A DNA stretch of 64,000 nt from Ignavibacteria bacterium RIFOXYC2_FULL_35_21 (GTDB lineage: Bacteria > Bacteroidota > Ignavibacteria > Kapaibacteriales > UBA2268). The notes under the pieces were generated by a model that was given only the letters and a program-made list of their open reading frames with translations, did no database searches and was not told the origin of the DNA. The position numbers and the translations under genes are program-made. Positions within the stretch are counted from its first letter, which is position 1. Each line of letters starts with the position of its first letter. The stretch lies in NCBI GenBank assembly GCA_001804705.1, contig MHAY01000002.1, forward strand, positions 20,183 through 84,182, given 5' to 3'. This document shows, piece after piece, positions 1-8,886 of this stretch.

Positions 1-1
1 T

Positions 2-979
2 CCTTTGTTTTCTGAGGGGGATGTAACGGGAGCCTCGGCAGGCGAATACGTAAAGGTCGGTGCAGCAGGTGCGCAATTCTTGAAAATTGGGATTGGTGCA
101 AGAGCTAATGCCATGGGTGGTGCTTATACAGCAGTTTGCAATGACTTAACCTCTATGTACTGGAATCCTGCAGGATTAGCTGATATCAAAACCATCGCGG
201 CAAATTTTTCTTACACTCAGTGGTTTGCCGGATTTGGATTAAATTATGGTGCAATATCACTGCCTTTAGGTGAGAATTTCACTTCGGCTTTGTATGCTTT
301 ATCCTTCAGCAGTGACAGAATTAAATTGACGACTATGGACCGGCAGGAAGGTTTAGGTTCCTATCTATGGAGTGATGTTGCTGTCGGAGCCACACTGGCA
401 GGTTATCTCACCGACCAGTTCTCATTTGGAGTAACTTTTAAATATATTCAGACAGCTTTTACCGGATTAAGTGCAAGTGGGATTGCCTTCGATATTGGTA
501 CGATGTATAATACAGGGATTCAAGGAATAAAGCTGGGCTTTTCAATTAATAATTTGGGCACTGAACAGAAGTTTTCAGGACAGGATTTACAGGCAACCAA
601 AAAATTGATTGAACAAGCTAATGCCTCACCACTTGATGTTCAATACCTGTCCAATTCATACACTATACCTTTAGCCTTCAGGGCGGGTGCAACGACCGAT
701 ATTATGAATGACGAAGAAAACAAGCTTCTTGCCGAAATTGATTTTATTGCCATGTCGGATGTATCGGAACAATTTGCAATAGGTGCTGAATACACATGGA
801 ATAACCTGCTTTCTGTTCGGGGCGGGTATTTAATAGGACAAGACCAATTAGGCCTATCCGGAGGTGTTGGTGTTAATTATATTGGAGGCGGTTTCAAAGG
901 ACAAATTGATTATTCTATTAATCCGACAAGAAATTTCGGTTTGGTAAATCGAATTAGTGTGGGTTTGACTCTTGATTAG
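2..979 (+). CDS. PorV/PorQ-family outer-membrane protein (T9SS-associated), 5' end cut by the window edge
   Basis: The reading frame is open to the window start. The motif GARANAMGGAYTAV...MYWNPAGLADI is typical of the PorV/PorQ family. The sequence is Gly/aromatic-rich and beta-strand-like throughout. Confidence 0.65.
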   Translation, partial: PLFSEGDVTGASAGEYVKVGAAGAQFLKIGIGARANAMGGAYTAVCNDLTSMYWNPAGLADIKTIAANFSYTQWFAGFGLNYGAISLPLGENFTSALYALSFSSDRIKLTTMDRQEGLGSYLWSDVAVGATLAGYLTDQFSFGVTFKYIQTAFTGLSASGIAFDIGTMYNTGIQGIKLGFSINNLGTEQKFSGQDLQATKKLIEQANASPLDVQYLSNSYTIPLAFRAGATTDIMNDEENKLLAEIDFIAMSDVSEQFAIGAEYTWNNLLSVRGGYLIGQDQLGLSGGVGVNYIGGGFKGQIDYSINPTRNFGLVNRISVGLTLD

Positions 980-997
980 TTAAATGCCAATATGATA

Positions 998-1040
998 AAT
1001 TGCCGTTGAAATAAATCAACGGCAATTTATTTTTAATTTT
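998..1040 (+). terminator. Rho-independent terminator after the PorV-like gene
   Basis: Stem aaattgccgttga / tcaacggcaattt with a 6-nt loop, followed by a T-rich run (atttttaattttt). Confidence 0.7.
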
Positions 1041-1057
1041 TAAAAATTCGTGTTAAT

Positions 1058-2503
1058 ATGTATCGGATTTTAATAATAATATGCTCGTTATTAATTATTT
1101 CGTTAACCGAAGCGAAGACCGTTAAATTCGATATTGATGGGGCGCAGTTCCGCTATGATGACAGCAAAGTACTTTGGGAGATGTATTACTCATTTCCAGA
1201 CACACTTCTGAAGTATCAGTTCAAACTTAAGGAAGGATTATATATAGGTGAATTATATATAAATGTTAAAATAAAATCGTCAGTTAAAATCGAAGCCGAG
1301 AAAGAATGGATTGTTACTAATTCATCAAAATTTCCACTGCTCGAGCACAAAACCGATTTACTTGGCCAAAAGGATTTTTTACTTTCTCCTGGCCAATATG
1401 AGGTACAAATTATCTTACTTGATTCAAATGACAGTACAACAAATGCAGAGATTAAATACAATTTAATCGTCAATAAGTTTGATGCCAATAGTCTTGAATT
1501 AAGTGATTTGGAGCTTTCAATTGCTATTGAAAATCAGGACAGGATTAGTGTCCGGTGGAATGAATCTTTTAAAAAGGGAAATTTATATGTTATTCCTAAT
1601 CCTTCGCATTTGTTCTTTGGCGATAGTCTGATATTAAATGCTTATTATGAAACTTATAATGCCCCAAAAATTTCACCGTCAGGATTTATCATAAAATATA
1701 GAATTCTCGATGCATTAAAGAGAGAAGAGCTGTCAATGACAAAAGTAATGCAATCCATAAGTGATGCACAATCCGATTTTATCTCTTTACCGATAAATGT
1801 TCTTCCCACTGGTGTTTATTTTTTTGAAACAACCCTGGTATATCCAATGGATAATCCCAAAGATTCCGTATCAAAATCCGAATTATTTTATGTTTTAAAT
1901 CCCGAAATTCCTCCAAATCTTCAGGCGCATTTTTCAGAAAGTGTTTCTTTTGAAAAAAGTGAATGGGCTATCATGTCCAATGAACAGATAGTAACTGAGT
2001 TTGAAAAGGTTAAATGTATAGCTTCTGTTAATGAGATTGAGTTATGGGAAGAATTAGCAACGATTGAAGCTAAACAGAAATTTATGTTTGCTTTTTGGAA
2101 TATCCGTAATTCTGATACGGTTAAGCCATATAATGAAAAACTGATGGAGTACAGAAAATTAATTGATTATGCTAATACATATTTCTCATATGGAAAAATG
2201 AAAGACGGATGGAGAAGTGATAGAGGAAAAGTATTGTTGAAGTACGGTAAGCCGACTCAAAGAGACCAGACGGCTGCCAGAGGTGACTACCGTGCTTATG
2301 AGAACTGGAATTATACCGATGTTCAGGGAGGAGTTAATTTCTATTTTGTTGACTTGATTGGCTTTGGTAATTTTGTACTTGTTCACTCGACTGCCATCGG
2401 TGAAATGAGGAATGAAAATTGGTATAACCAGTATGTTCCGGCAAGGAATGAAGATGATGATATTCAATATCAACAAAATTATAACCCGGGCATAATCAAA
2501 TAA
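1058..2503 (+). CDS. GWxTD domain-containing protein (secreted)
   Basis: N-terminal signal peptide. C-terminal DGWRSDRGKVLLKYGKP...YENWNY matches the GWxTD signature. Confidence 0.7.
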   Translation: MYRILIIICSLLIISLTEAKTVKFDIDGAQFRYDDSKVLWEMYYSFPDTLLKYQFKLKEGLYIGELYINVKIKSSVKIEAEKEWIVTNSSKFPLLEHKTDLLGQKDFLLSPGQYEVQIILLDSNDSTTNAEIKYNLIVNKFDANSLELSDLELSIAIENQDRISVRWNESFKKGNLYVIPNPSHLFFGDSLILNAYYETYNAPKISPSGFIIKYRILDALKREELSMTKVMQSISDAQSDFISLPINVLPTGVYFFETTLVYPMDNPKDSVSKSELFYVLNPEIPPNLQAHFSESVSFEKSEWAIMSNEQIVTEFEKVKCIASVNEIELWEELATIEAKQKFMFAFWNIRNSDTVKPYNEKLMEYRKLIDYANTYFSYGKMKDGWRSDRGKVLLKYGKPTQRDQTAARGDYRAYENWNYTDVQGGVNFYFVDLIGFGNFVLVHSTAIGEMRNENWYNQYVPARNEDDDIQYQQNYNPGIIK

Positions 2504-2527
2504 ATAATTATTGGGAATTTAATTTTA

Positions 2528-3412
2528 GTGAAAACATTTATAGATTTTTTAATTACACAAATTCTACTCTTTGTTGGCTTTCTATCATCACATTTATCAA
2601 TTTCCAAAAGACATAAACTTGGCTGCCTGATTGGAGAATTTTTCAAATTAATCAGTTCCACAAGAAAAAAGATTGCATATAACAATATTAAAATGGCATT
2701 TCCCATGGAGTCTCACGAATGGATTAATACTATCGTAAAAAAGTCATATCATAATCTGGGTATCATAGTTGCAGAAGTATCTGCAATGAATTCATTTTCT
2801 GACAATTATATACACAATCTTATAAAATATAATAATCCGGATTTATTAATTAATAAATACAAAGAAGGCAAGGGCCTGATTCTTCTGTCCGGTCATTTTG
2901 CAAATTGGGAAATACTGGCTTATTCGGTTGGACTATTCACTAAGATTCCTATACTAATTATAGTTAAAACTCAAAAGAATTCTTCATCGGATAAAATAAT
3001 TAATAAATACCGCACACGCTCAGGCAATTCTGTTATATCTATGCATAATGCGGCAAGGGAAATAATAAAAGCCATACAAACCGGCGGTGCAATAGCCATG
3101 CTTGCAGACCAAAGTGCAACAAGCGATAAAGATGTTTTCGTTAATTTCTTTGGGAAACCTACTGCAACATACAAAGCTCCGGCTGAACTTGCATTAAAAT
3201 TTAATGTACCTATTATTTGTGCTTTTCCTGTTAGACATAAGGATTATACTTATACTGCAGATATACTTGAGCTAAAACACGATGACCTTGAAAACAATGA
3301 ACATGGGATTTATGAATTAACAAGTCGCTATGCTCGAATGTTAGAGGAAGCAATTAAGAAAAATCCTGAGCTATGGGTTTGGCAGCACAGGCGTTGGAAA
3401 CACACGATTTAA
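2528..3412 (+). CDS. Lipid A biosynthesis (Kdo2-lipid IVA) acyltransferase, LpxL/HtrB family
   Basis: GTG start. N-terminal TM segment, SGHFANWE (HX4[DE] acyltransferase motif), and C-terminal NPELWVWQHRRWK typical of the family. Confidence 0.75.
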   Translation: MKTFIDFLITQILLFVGFLSSHLSISKRHKLGCLIGEFFKLISSTRKKIAYNNIKMAFPMESHEWINTIVKKSYHNLGIIVAEVSAMNSFSDNYIHNLIKYNNPDLLINKYKEGKGLILLSGHFANWEILAYSVGLFTKIPILIIVKTQKNSSSDKIINKYRTRSGNSVISMHNAAREIIKAIQTGGAIAMLADQSATSDKDVFVNFFGKPTATYKAPAELALKFNVPIICAFPVRHKDYTYTADILELKHDDLENNEHGIYELTSRYARMLEEAIKKNPELWVWQHRRWKHTI

Positions 3413-3447
3413 TGTAAAATGTAAAATGCAAAATGCAAAATGAATAA
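3411..3447. repeat. 7-nt-period microsatellite (aaatgta/aaatgca)n
   Basis: Direct reading: aatgtaaaatgtaaaatgcaaaatgcaaaatgaat between two + strand genes. Confidence 0.9.
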
Positions 3448-3471
3448 TTAAAATGGTATTTAAAGCAATAT

Positions 3472-4515
3472 ATGAATAAAAAAATTGAGGATTTTAAACA
3501 TGTGGCAATAATTCAAACTGCCTTTCTTGGTGATGTTGCTTTATCACTTTACTTAGCCCAGGCAATAAAAGTAATCTATCCGTCGGTTGAATTAACATTT
3601 GTTACTACACCTTCTGCATCACCGCTTGTTGCTTGTTCAACTGCCGTTAATAATATTATTACTTATGATAAGAGAGGTTTGCAAACCGGTTTAAGAGGTA
3701 TTAAGTTTGTAGCAAATCTTTTAAAGGATAAAAAAGTAGATTGCATTGTATCACCTCATCGCTCGTTCAGAACAACAATACTTTCTTATTTTTCCAAACC
3801 TCAATTTTCAATTTCATTTAATAAAAGTGCTGTATCAGTTTTATACTCAAAAAGAATAAATTACCTTCCTCATTTACACGAAATCGAAAGAAATCTTTCC
3901 CTGTTGACCGGATTTTCCGGTTTAAAGTTTCAATCTACTCCTACTGTTGATTTGGAATTCGAGGATGATGATATAAGTTTTATAGATTATAAACTTTATG
4001 GTTTGGGAGTTAAAGAGGGAGAAAAAATTGTATTAATTGCACCCGGGTCAATATGGAACACCAAGAGATGGGAGGAAGAGTATCATTTTAGACTTTGCTC
4101 TATGTTAAAAGAAGCAAACTGTAAGGTGATATTAATCGGGTCAAAGGAAGACTGGGAGCTTTGTTCGAGAATTGCAATTAATTCCGGAGTTATTAATTTT
4201 GCCGGAGAAACTACAATTCCTCAAACATTAGTACTGATGAAGAAAGCAAGCCTGACAATTACAAATGACAGCTCTCCAACGCATTTTGCAGGGCTTGTGG
4301 GATGCCCCGTAATAACTATATATGGCCCTACCTCCCCGGTTTTTGGGTTTGCTCCAAGAGGAGAAAAGAGTAGAATTATCGAACTAAATGGTTTGAAATG
4401 CAGGCCCTGTACAGTTCATGGAAGTCATAAATGTCCTGTAAATACACATGAGTGTATGACTCATATTAATCCCAAGACTGTTTTTGATTCTGCAAAAGAG
4501 ATATTAGGGATATGA
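3472..4515 (+). CDS. Glycosyltransferase family 9 (LPS heptosyltransferase-like)
   Basis: About 350 aa. Contains IAPGSIWNTKRW and NDSSPTHFAGLVGCPVITIYGPTSP, typical of the RfaF/WaaC-type GT9 fold. Confidence 0.75.
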   Translation: MNKKIEDFKHVAIIQTAFLGDVALSLYLAQAIKVIYPSVELTFVTTPSASPLVACSTAVNNIITYDKRGLQTGLRGIKFVANLLKDKKVDCIVSPHRSFRTTILSYFSKPQFSISFNKSAVSVLYSKRINYLPHLHEIERNLSLLTGFSGLKFQSTPTVDLEFEDDDISFIDYKLYGLGVKEGEKIVLIAPGSIWNTKRWEEEYHFRLCSMLKEANCKVILIGSKEDWELCSRIAINSGVINFAGETTIPQTLVLMKKASLTITNDSSPTHFAGLVGCPVITIYGPTSPVFGFAPRGEKSRIIELNGLKCRPCTVHGSHKCPVNTHECMTHINPKTVFDSAKEILGI

Positions 4516-4521
4516 CTTTTT

Positions 4522-4926
4522 TTATTCTGACAATTTAATAATCGCTTGAAATTCTTCATCGGTTATTAGCATCACGGATAGTCTTGGCTGTTTGAGCAGA
4601 GAAATATTTTTTAGATTGATTGATTTCCTAATTTGTACGAGAGTAACAGGTTTTTTTAGTTTTTTAACAATTTTTAATTCTACAGCCAGCCATTTACCTT
4701 CCTTATCCTTCGGTTCAGGGAATGCTTTTTTTGATACTTGGGAAATTCCAACAATACACTTGCCTTCATCGCTATGGTAAAATAAAACCTTATCGCCAAC
4801 TTTCATTGCAGCAAGATTATTTCTTGCCTGATAGTTTCTGACACCATCCCAAACTGTTTTTTTATCTTTGAGAAACTGTTCCCATGAATATGATGACGGA
4901 TCCGATTTTATAAGCCAAAAGCCCAT
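4522..4926 (-). CDS. EVE (PUA-like) domain protein
   Basis: FWLIKSDPSSYSWEQF...WDGVRNYQARNNL...GDKVLFYHS is the canonical EVE-domain opening. Confidence 0.75.
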   Translation of the reverse strand: MGFWLIKSDPSSYSWEQFLKDKKTVWDGVRNYQARNNLAAMKVGDKVLFYHSDEGKCIVGISQVSKKAFPEPKDKEGKWLAVELKIVKKLKKPVTLVQIRKSINLKNISLLKQPRLSVMLITDEEFQAIIKLSE

Positions 4927-4933
4927 GAATTAT

Positions 4934-5464
4934 TTACTTTTTTAACCCGTTAAGTAAAAGCTGTTCAACACTGATTGTTTGGCCATATCGCTTGAATTGT
5001 CTCATAGTATCGAGCATAAAATAAACTGCATTTGAATCTTGCATCACAATACATTCGGGCAATTCTGAAATGGAAAAACGGGATTTATACGGATGTTTGC
5101 TTGTTGAACTGCGCATCGAATATATCTCATAAGATGATTCCGGGATATTGCATTCTTCAAAAACTTTACACAAATGGGATATATCGGTCTGCTGGGAATT
5201 ACACCCGCAGTTGAAGTTAGCATATAAATATACTTTATGTTTGCCGGAGTCAAAGTTATTAATAATTTCTTTCATCACATTGGTATCAGGCTTATAGCTG
5301 TTCATTTCTGATTTGAACCAACTGTTTGTTGGTGTTGATACAATTTCATTGATTGTCAATTGAATGGCATCTTCATCATAAGAGACATTATCAGTACATG
5401 AAGTAAATATAGTAAGCGAAAATAATACTATAATTATTCTATTAATTAAGTTTTGATTTTTCAT
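4934..5464 (-). CDS. Hypothetical lipoprotein
   Basis: Signal peptide with lipobox (LTIFTSC). No recognisable catalytic motif. Confidence 0.5.
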   Translation of the reverse strand: MKNQNLINRIIIVLFSLTIFTSCTDNVSYDEDAIQLTINEIVSTPTNSWFKSEMNSYKPDTNVMKEIINNFDSGKHKVYLYANFNCGCNSQQTDISHLCKVFEECNIPESSYEIYSMRSSTSKHPYKSRFSISELPECIVMQDSNAVYFMLDTMRQFKRYGQTISVEQLLLNGLKK

Positions 5465-5541
5465 AATTCTCCTAATTTTATTTTATTTGGACACTATTTA
5501 ATAGTAATAACAAAAATTTTTCGATTTTGTTACAGAGATAT

Positions 5542-7044
5542 TTAAAATAAAAATAAATTAAAGCACTGATGGCTTAAATTAATTATATATGACGGAAATA
5601 CTCCAAAAATAATTAATGCGACAGAAGCTATTCCCAATGTAACATACGATAAGCCTTTTTCTGTTTCTTGTAATTTTTCTCCCGGTTCTTTGAAATACAT
5701 ACTAATAACCAAACCGATATAGAAGTATAATGAAATAAGAGAAGCAATAACTGCTATTATAGCAAGCCACACATAGCCGCTTTCGATTACGGAGGCAAAC
5801 AAATAATACTTACCTATAAATCCGGCAAAAGGCGGTATTCCGGTCAATGAAAACATGAATATACCCATAGTGGCTGCCAGAATTGGATGAGTTCTGCTTA
5901 ATCCTGCATAATCGCTTATATCGAGATTTGCTTCATTATTGCGTTCTAATAATGATATAATTACAAATGCTCCAATCTGCATAAACATATATGCTACAGC
6001 ATAAAACGCTATTCCATCCCATCCTTTTGGATTGTTGGCAACAATACCCATCAATAAATAACCGGCATGTGCAACCGATGAATAAGCCAACATTCTTTTT
6101 ACATTCTTTTGTACTAAAGCACTGATGTTTCCGATTAACATTGTTGCGGCGGATATTAATGCTATAATCAATCTTATAGTATCACCATTAAAAATTTGAT
6201 TTAGCTCATGTTTTTCAATATCCTGAGGTATCAATGGGCGAATGACAATGACCATTGCAAGAAGTGCCGCCGCTTTGCCTGCAGTACTCATAAAACCTGC
6301 TACTACAGTTGGAGCCCCATGATAAACATCCGGTGCCCACTGGTGAAATGGAAATGCCGCGACTTTGAAACTTAATCCGATAATCAATAAACCGACTCCT
6401 ATGCTTAAAATAAGAGGTGCTTTTACCACTGTTGTCATAAAGAAAGTTGCTTTGTTTATATCTATGTTACCTGTAGCTCCATAAATCAAAGCCATTCCAT
6501 ATAAAAGGAATCCTGTTGCAAATGCTCCAAGCAAAAAATATTTCAGTGCCGCTTCGACTGACCTGGCATTTGTTCTGAAAAAACCTGAGAGTATATAAAA
6601 CGATATTGACATTAATTCAATTCCAATGAAAAGAACAAGCAAATTGTTAGCATGTCCTATTATCATCATTCCGGCAATCGAAAGAAGTATTAATGAATAA
6701 TATTCGTTTATTTCTTTATATTCTCTTTTCAGGTATTGTTTCGAAGCAAGAATAGTCAATATACCCGCGACACAAAATAGAATATCGAAGAATGCGGCAT
6801 AGCCGCTGAATACCAACATTCCTTTTGTAATCAACCTATCACTGTGATGAGCAGGAATAAGTGCAACGTTTGTTTTATATAGACTAAAAACCGCAGCAAT
6901 GATGGTTATTATCAATCCAATAATTGAATAATAAAACCCGACGGATTTGTTTTTTAATAGAATCGCATCAATTACAATCGCACTCGTTGCAAAAAAAGAT
7001 ATTAATATTGCCGGCAATATAAATTGTATTTCATATCCCATCAT
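5542..7044 (-). CDS. nuoN: NADH-quinone oxidoreductase subunit N
   Basis: Polytopic antiporter-like protein with FPFHQWAPDVYHGAPT and KRMLAYSSVAHAGY motifs. It lies last in the L-M-N order. Confidence 0.9.
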   Translation of the reverse strand: MMGYEIQFILPAILISFFATSAIVIDAILLKNKSVGFYYSIIGLIITIIAAVFSLYKTNVALIPAHHSDRLITKGMLVFSGYAAFFDILFCVAGILTILASKQYLKREYKEINEYYSLILLSIAGMMIIGHANNLLVLFIGIELMSISFYILSGFFRTNARSVEAALKYFLLGAFATGFLLYGMALIYGATGNIDINKATFFMTTVVKAPLILSIGVGLLIIGLSFKVAAFPFHQWAPDVYHGAPTVVAGFMSTAGKAAALLAMVIVIRPLIPQDIEKHELNQIFNGDTIRLIIALISAATMLIGNISALVQKNVKRMLAYSSVAHAGYLLMGIVANNPKGWDGIAFYAVAYMFMQIGAFVIISLLERNNEANLDISDYAGLSRTHPILAATMGIFMFSLTGIPPFAGFIGKYYLFASVIESGYVWLAIIAVIASLISLYFYIGLVISMYFKEPGEKLQETEKGLSYVTLGIASVALIIFGVFPSYIINLSHQCFNLFLF

Positions 7045-7090
7045 TTTTTTTAACCTGCTCTTTTAATTTCATTATTTATAATTTTTATTT

Positions 7091-7112
7091 GGACAGAACA
7101 CTTTTCTGTCCC
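7091..7112. repeat. REP-like palindrome family C (ggacagaacaNNtgttctgtcc)
   Basis: ggacagaacacttttctgtccc. Related copies at 11095-11115 and 63507-63527. Confidence 0.8.
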
Positions 7113-7120
7113 TTCATAGA

Positions 7121-8707
7121 TTATTTATTTTTATTAACAGAATAGTGTTTTACCTGTGACACTTTCACTTTAATATTCTTTTGATTACCCGATTTAACGA
7201 GTTCTAATTTATTAACTAATGCTTTTGTTGAGTTTTCGGATATTTTCAAAAATGAGTTTGGGTGAACACCAATCCAAACAATTAAAATAACAATCGGTAT
7301 TAAAGTTGCCCATTCACGCTTATTCAAGTCTTTTAAATTTTCATTTTTGTGATTTGTAATTGTTCCGAACATCACTCTCTGGAACATCCACAAGAGATAA
7401 ATTGCGGCAAAAATCACTCCCGTTGCCGAAACAATGGTGTACCATTGTGAACCAAGCACTGGTGATTTGAATGCTCCGAATAACGTTAAATATTCACCTA
7501 TAAATCCGTTTAATCCCGGCAAACCGACCGAACCAAGCATAGCTATTCCAAAGAATACGGTAAACGCAGGCATAACCCTCGCCAATCCTCCAAATTCGGC
7601 TATATCCCTTGAGTGCCTTCTTTCGTAAATCATACCCACACACAAGAAGAGCATCCCTGTTGTCAAGCCATGATTGACCATTTGAATAATTGCTCCCTGC
7701 AACCCTTCGATTGTCATTGAAAATATTCCAAGTACCACAAAACCCAAGTGGCTGACTGATGAAAAAGCTACAAGTCTCTTGACATCAGTTTGGACCATAG
7801 AAACCAGAGCTCCATAAATTATTCCAATAACAGCGAGAACGCCTATGTAAGGAGCAAATTCAATAGATGCCTGCGGGAATAATTCTAAATTAAATCTAAC
7901 TAAACCATATGTACCCATCTTTAATAATACGCCGGCAAGTACAACCGAACCTGGTGTTGGTGCTTCTGTATGGGCATCGGGCAGCCATGTATGTAATGGG
8001 AATACCGGAACTTTTATACAGAATGACAAAGCGAATGCAATGAAGAGCCATCTCTGTACTTCGATTGGTATAGGATGATTTGATAATGCACTCTTTAAGA
8101 CAAAAAAGTTTGTTGTGAATCCTGCACTGTTATGTATAATATATGTTCCTGTATAATATCCTAACCAGACTATTGCAACGAGCATGAACAATGAGCCGAC
8201 TGCTGTAAAAATGAAAAATTTTACTGCGGCATAAATCCTATCTTTGCCTCCCCAGATGCCAATTATGAAATACATCGGAATCAGAATTAATTCCCAAAAA
8301 ACAAAGAACAGCAGTAAGTCGAGTGCAAGGAACACACCTGTCATTGCAAACTGTAATAATAATATCATCGCATAATATTCTTTCTCACGTTTTTCGATTG
8401 CTCCGAATGACGATAATATTGTTATTGTTGAAATAAATGTTGTCAGTAATAGTAACAACAATGACATTCCGTCAAGTCCTATCCTGAACCCTGCATCAAT
8501 AGAGGGAATCCAGACTGCCTCGAAAACCAACTGGAAATTCGGATTATTCTGATTGAAGAAATATAAAAGAAAGAGTGAAACAACAAAAGTAACAAATGAA
8601 AATCCAAACGCCGTATATTTTATTAGCTTGGGTTTATCCTTATTCAATAGTAAAAGAAATAATGAACCTGCCAAAGGTAAAAATAACGTTATAAATAAAG
8701 GGGCCAT
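7121..8707 (-). CDS. nuoM: NADH-quinone oxidoreductase subunit M
   Basis: FPLHTWLPDAHTEAPTPGSVVLAG and KRLVAFSSVSHLGF motifs. The start is moved to the internal ATG at 8707 because the first 11 codons of the tracked ORF translate the aattcac microsatellite. Confidence 0.88.
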   Translation of the reverse strand: MAPLFITLFLPLAGSLFLLLLNKDKPKLIKYTAFGFSFVTFVVSLFLLYFFNQNNPNFQLVFEAVWIPSIDAGFRIGLDGMSLLLLLLTTFISTITILSSFGAIEKREKEYYAMILLLQFAMTGVFLALDLLLFFVFWELILIPMYFIIGIWGGKDRIYAAVKFFIFTAVGSLFMLVAIVWLGYYTGTYIIHNSAGFTTNFFVLKSALSNHPIPIEVQRWLFIAFALSFCIKVPVFPLHTWLPDAHTEAPTPGSVVLAGVLLKMGTYGLVRFNLELFPQASIEFAPYIGVLAVIGIIYGALVSMVQTDVKRLVAFSSVSHLGFVVLGIFSMTIEGLQGAIIQMVNHGLTTGMLFLCVGMIYERRHSRDIAEFGGLARVMPAFTVFFGIAMLGSVGLPGLNGFIGEYLTLFGAFKSPVLGSQWYTIVSATGVIFAAIYLLWMFQRVMFGTITNHKNENLKDLNKREWATLIPIVILIVWIGVHPNSFLKISENSTKALVNKLELVKSGNQKNIKVKVSQVKHYSVNKNK

Positions 8708-8726
8708 AAAATAATTAACAATTAAT

Positions 8727-8765
8727 AATTCACAATTCACAATTCACAATTCACAATTCACAATT
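8727..8765. repeat. 7-nt-period microsatellite (aattcac)n inside the nuoL-nuoM spacer
   Basis: Five or more consecutive aattcac units read directly. Confidence 0.9.
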
Positions 8766-8830
8766 AATAACTCAATCACAAAATATATTTCAAAAAATAT
8801 AAAAATATTATAATCCTTTTGTCCTATTCC

Positions 8831-8882
8831 ATTTTGCATTTTGCATTTTACATTCTACATTCTAAATTCTAAATTCTACATT
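8831..8882. repeat. 7-nt-period microsatellite (attttgc/attctac/attctaa)n inside the nuoL-nuoM spacer
   Basis: attttgcattttgcattttacattctacattctaaattctaaattctacatt. Confidence 0.9.
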
Positions 8883-8886
8883 AATT

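Noticed and set aside
2479-2706. A 75-aa minus-strand ORF spanning the GWxTD / acyltransferase junction.
   Set aside because: It overlaps two supported + strand genes and the short spacer between them. It is hydrophobic low-complexity sequence typical of antisense AT-rich DNA.
8708-8740. An upstream extension of nuoM (MNCELLIVNYF).
   Set aside because: It is the translation of the aattcac microsatellite. The conserved NuoM N-terminus starts at the ATG at 8707.
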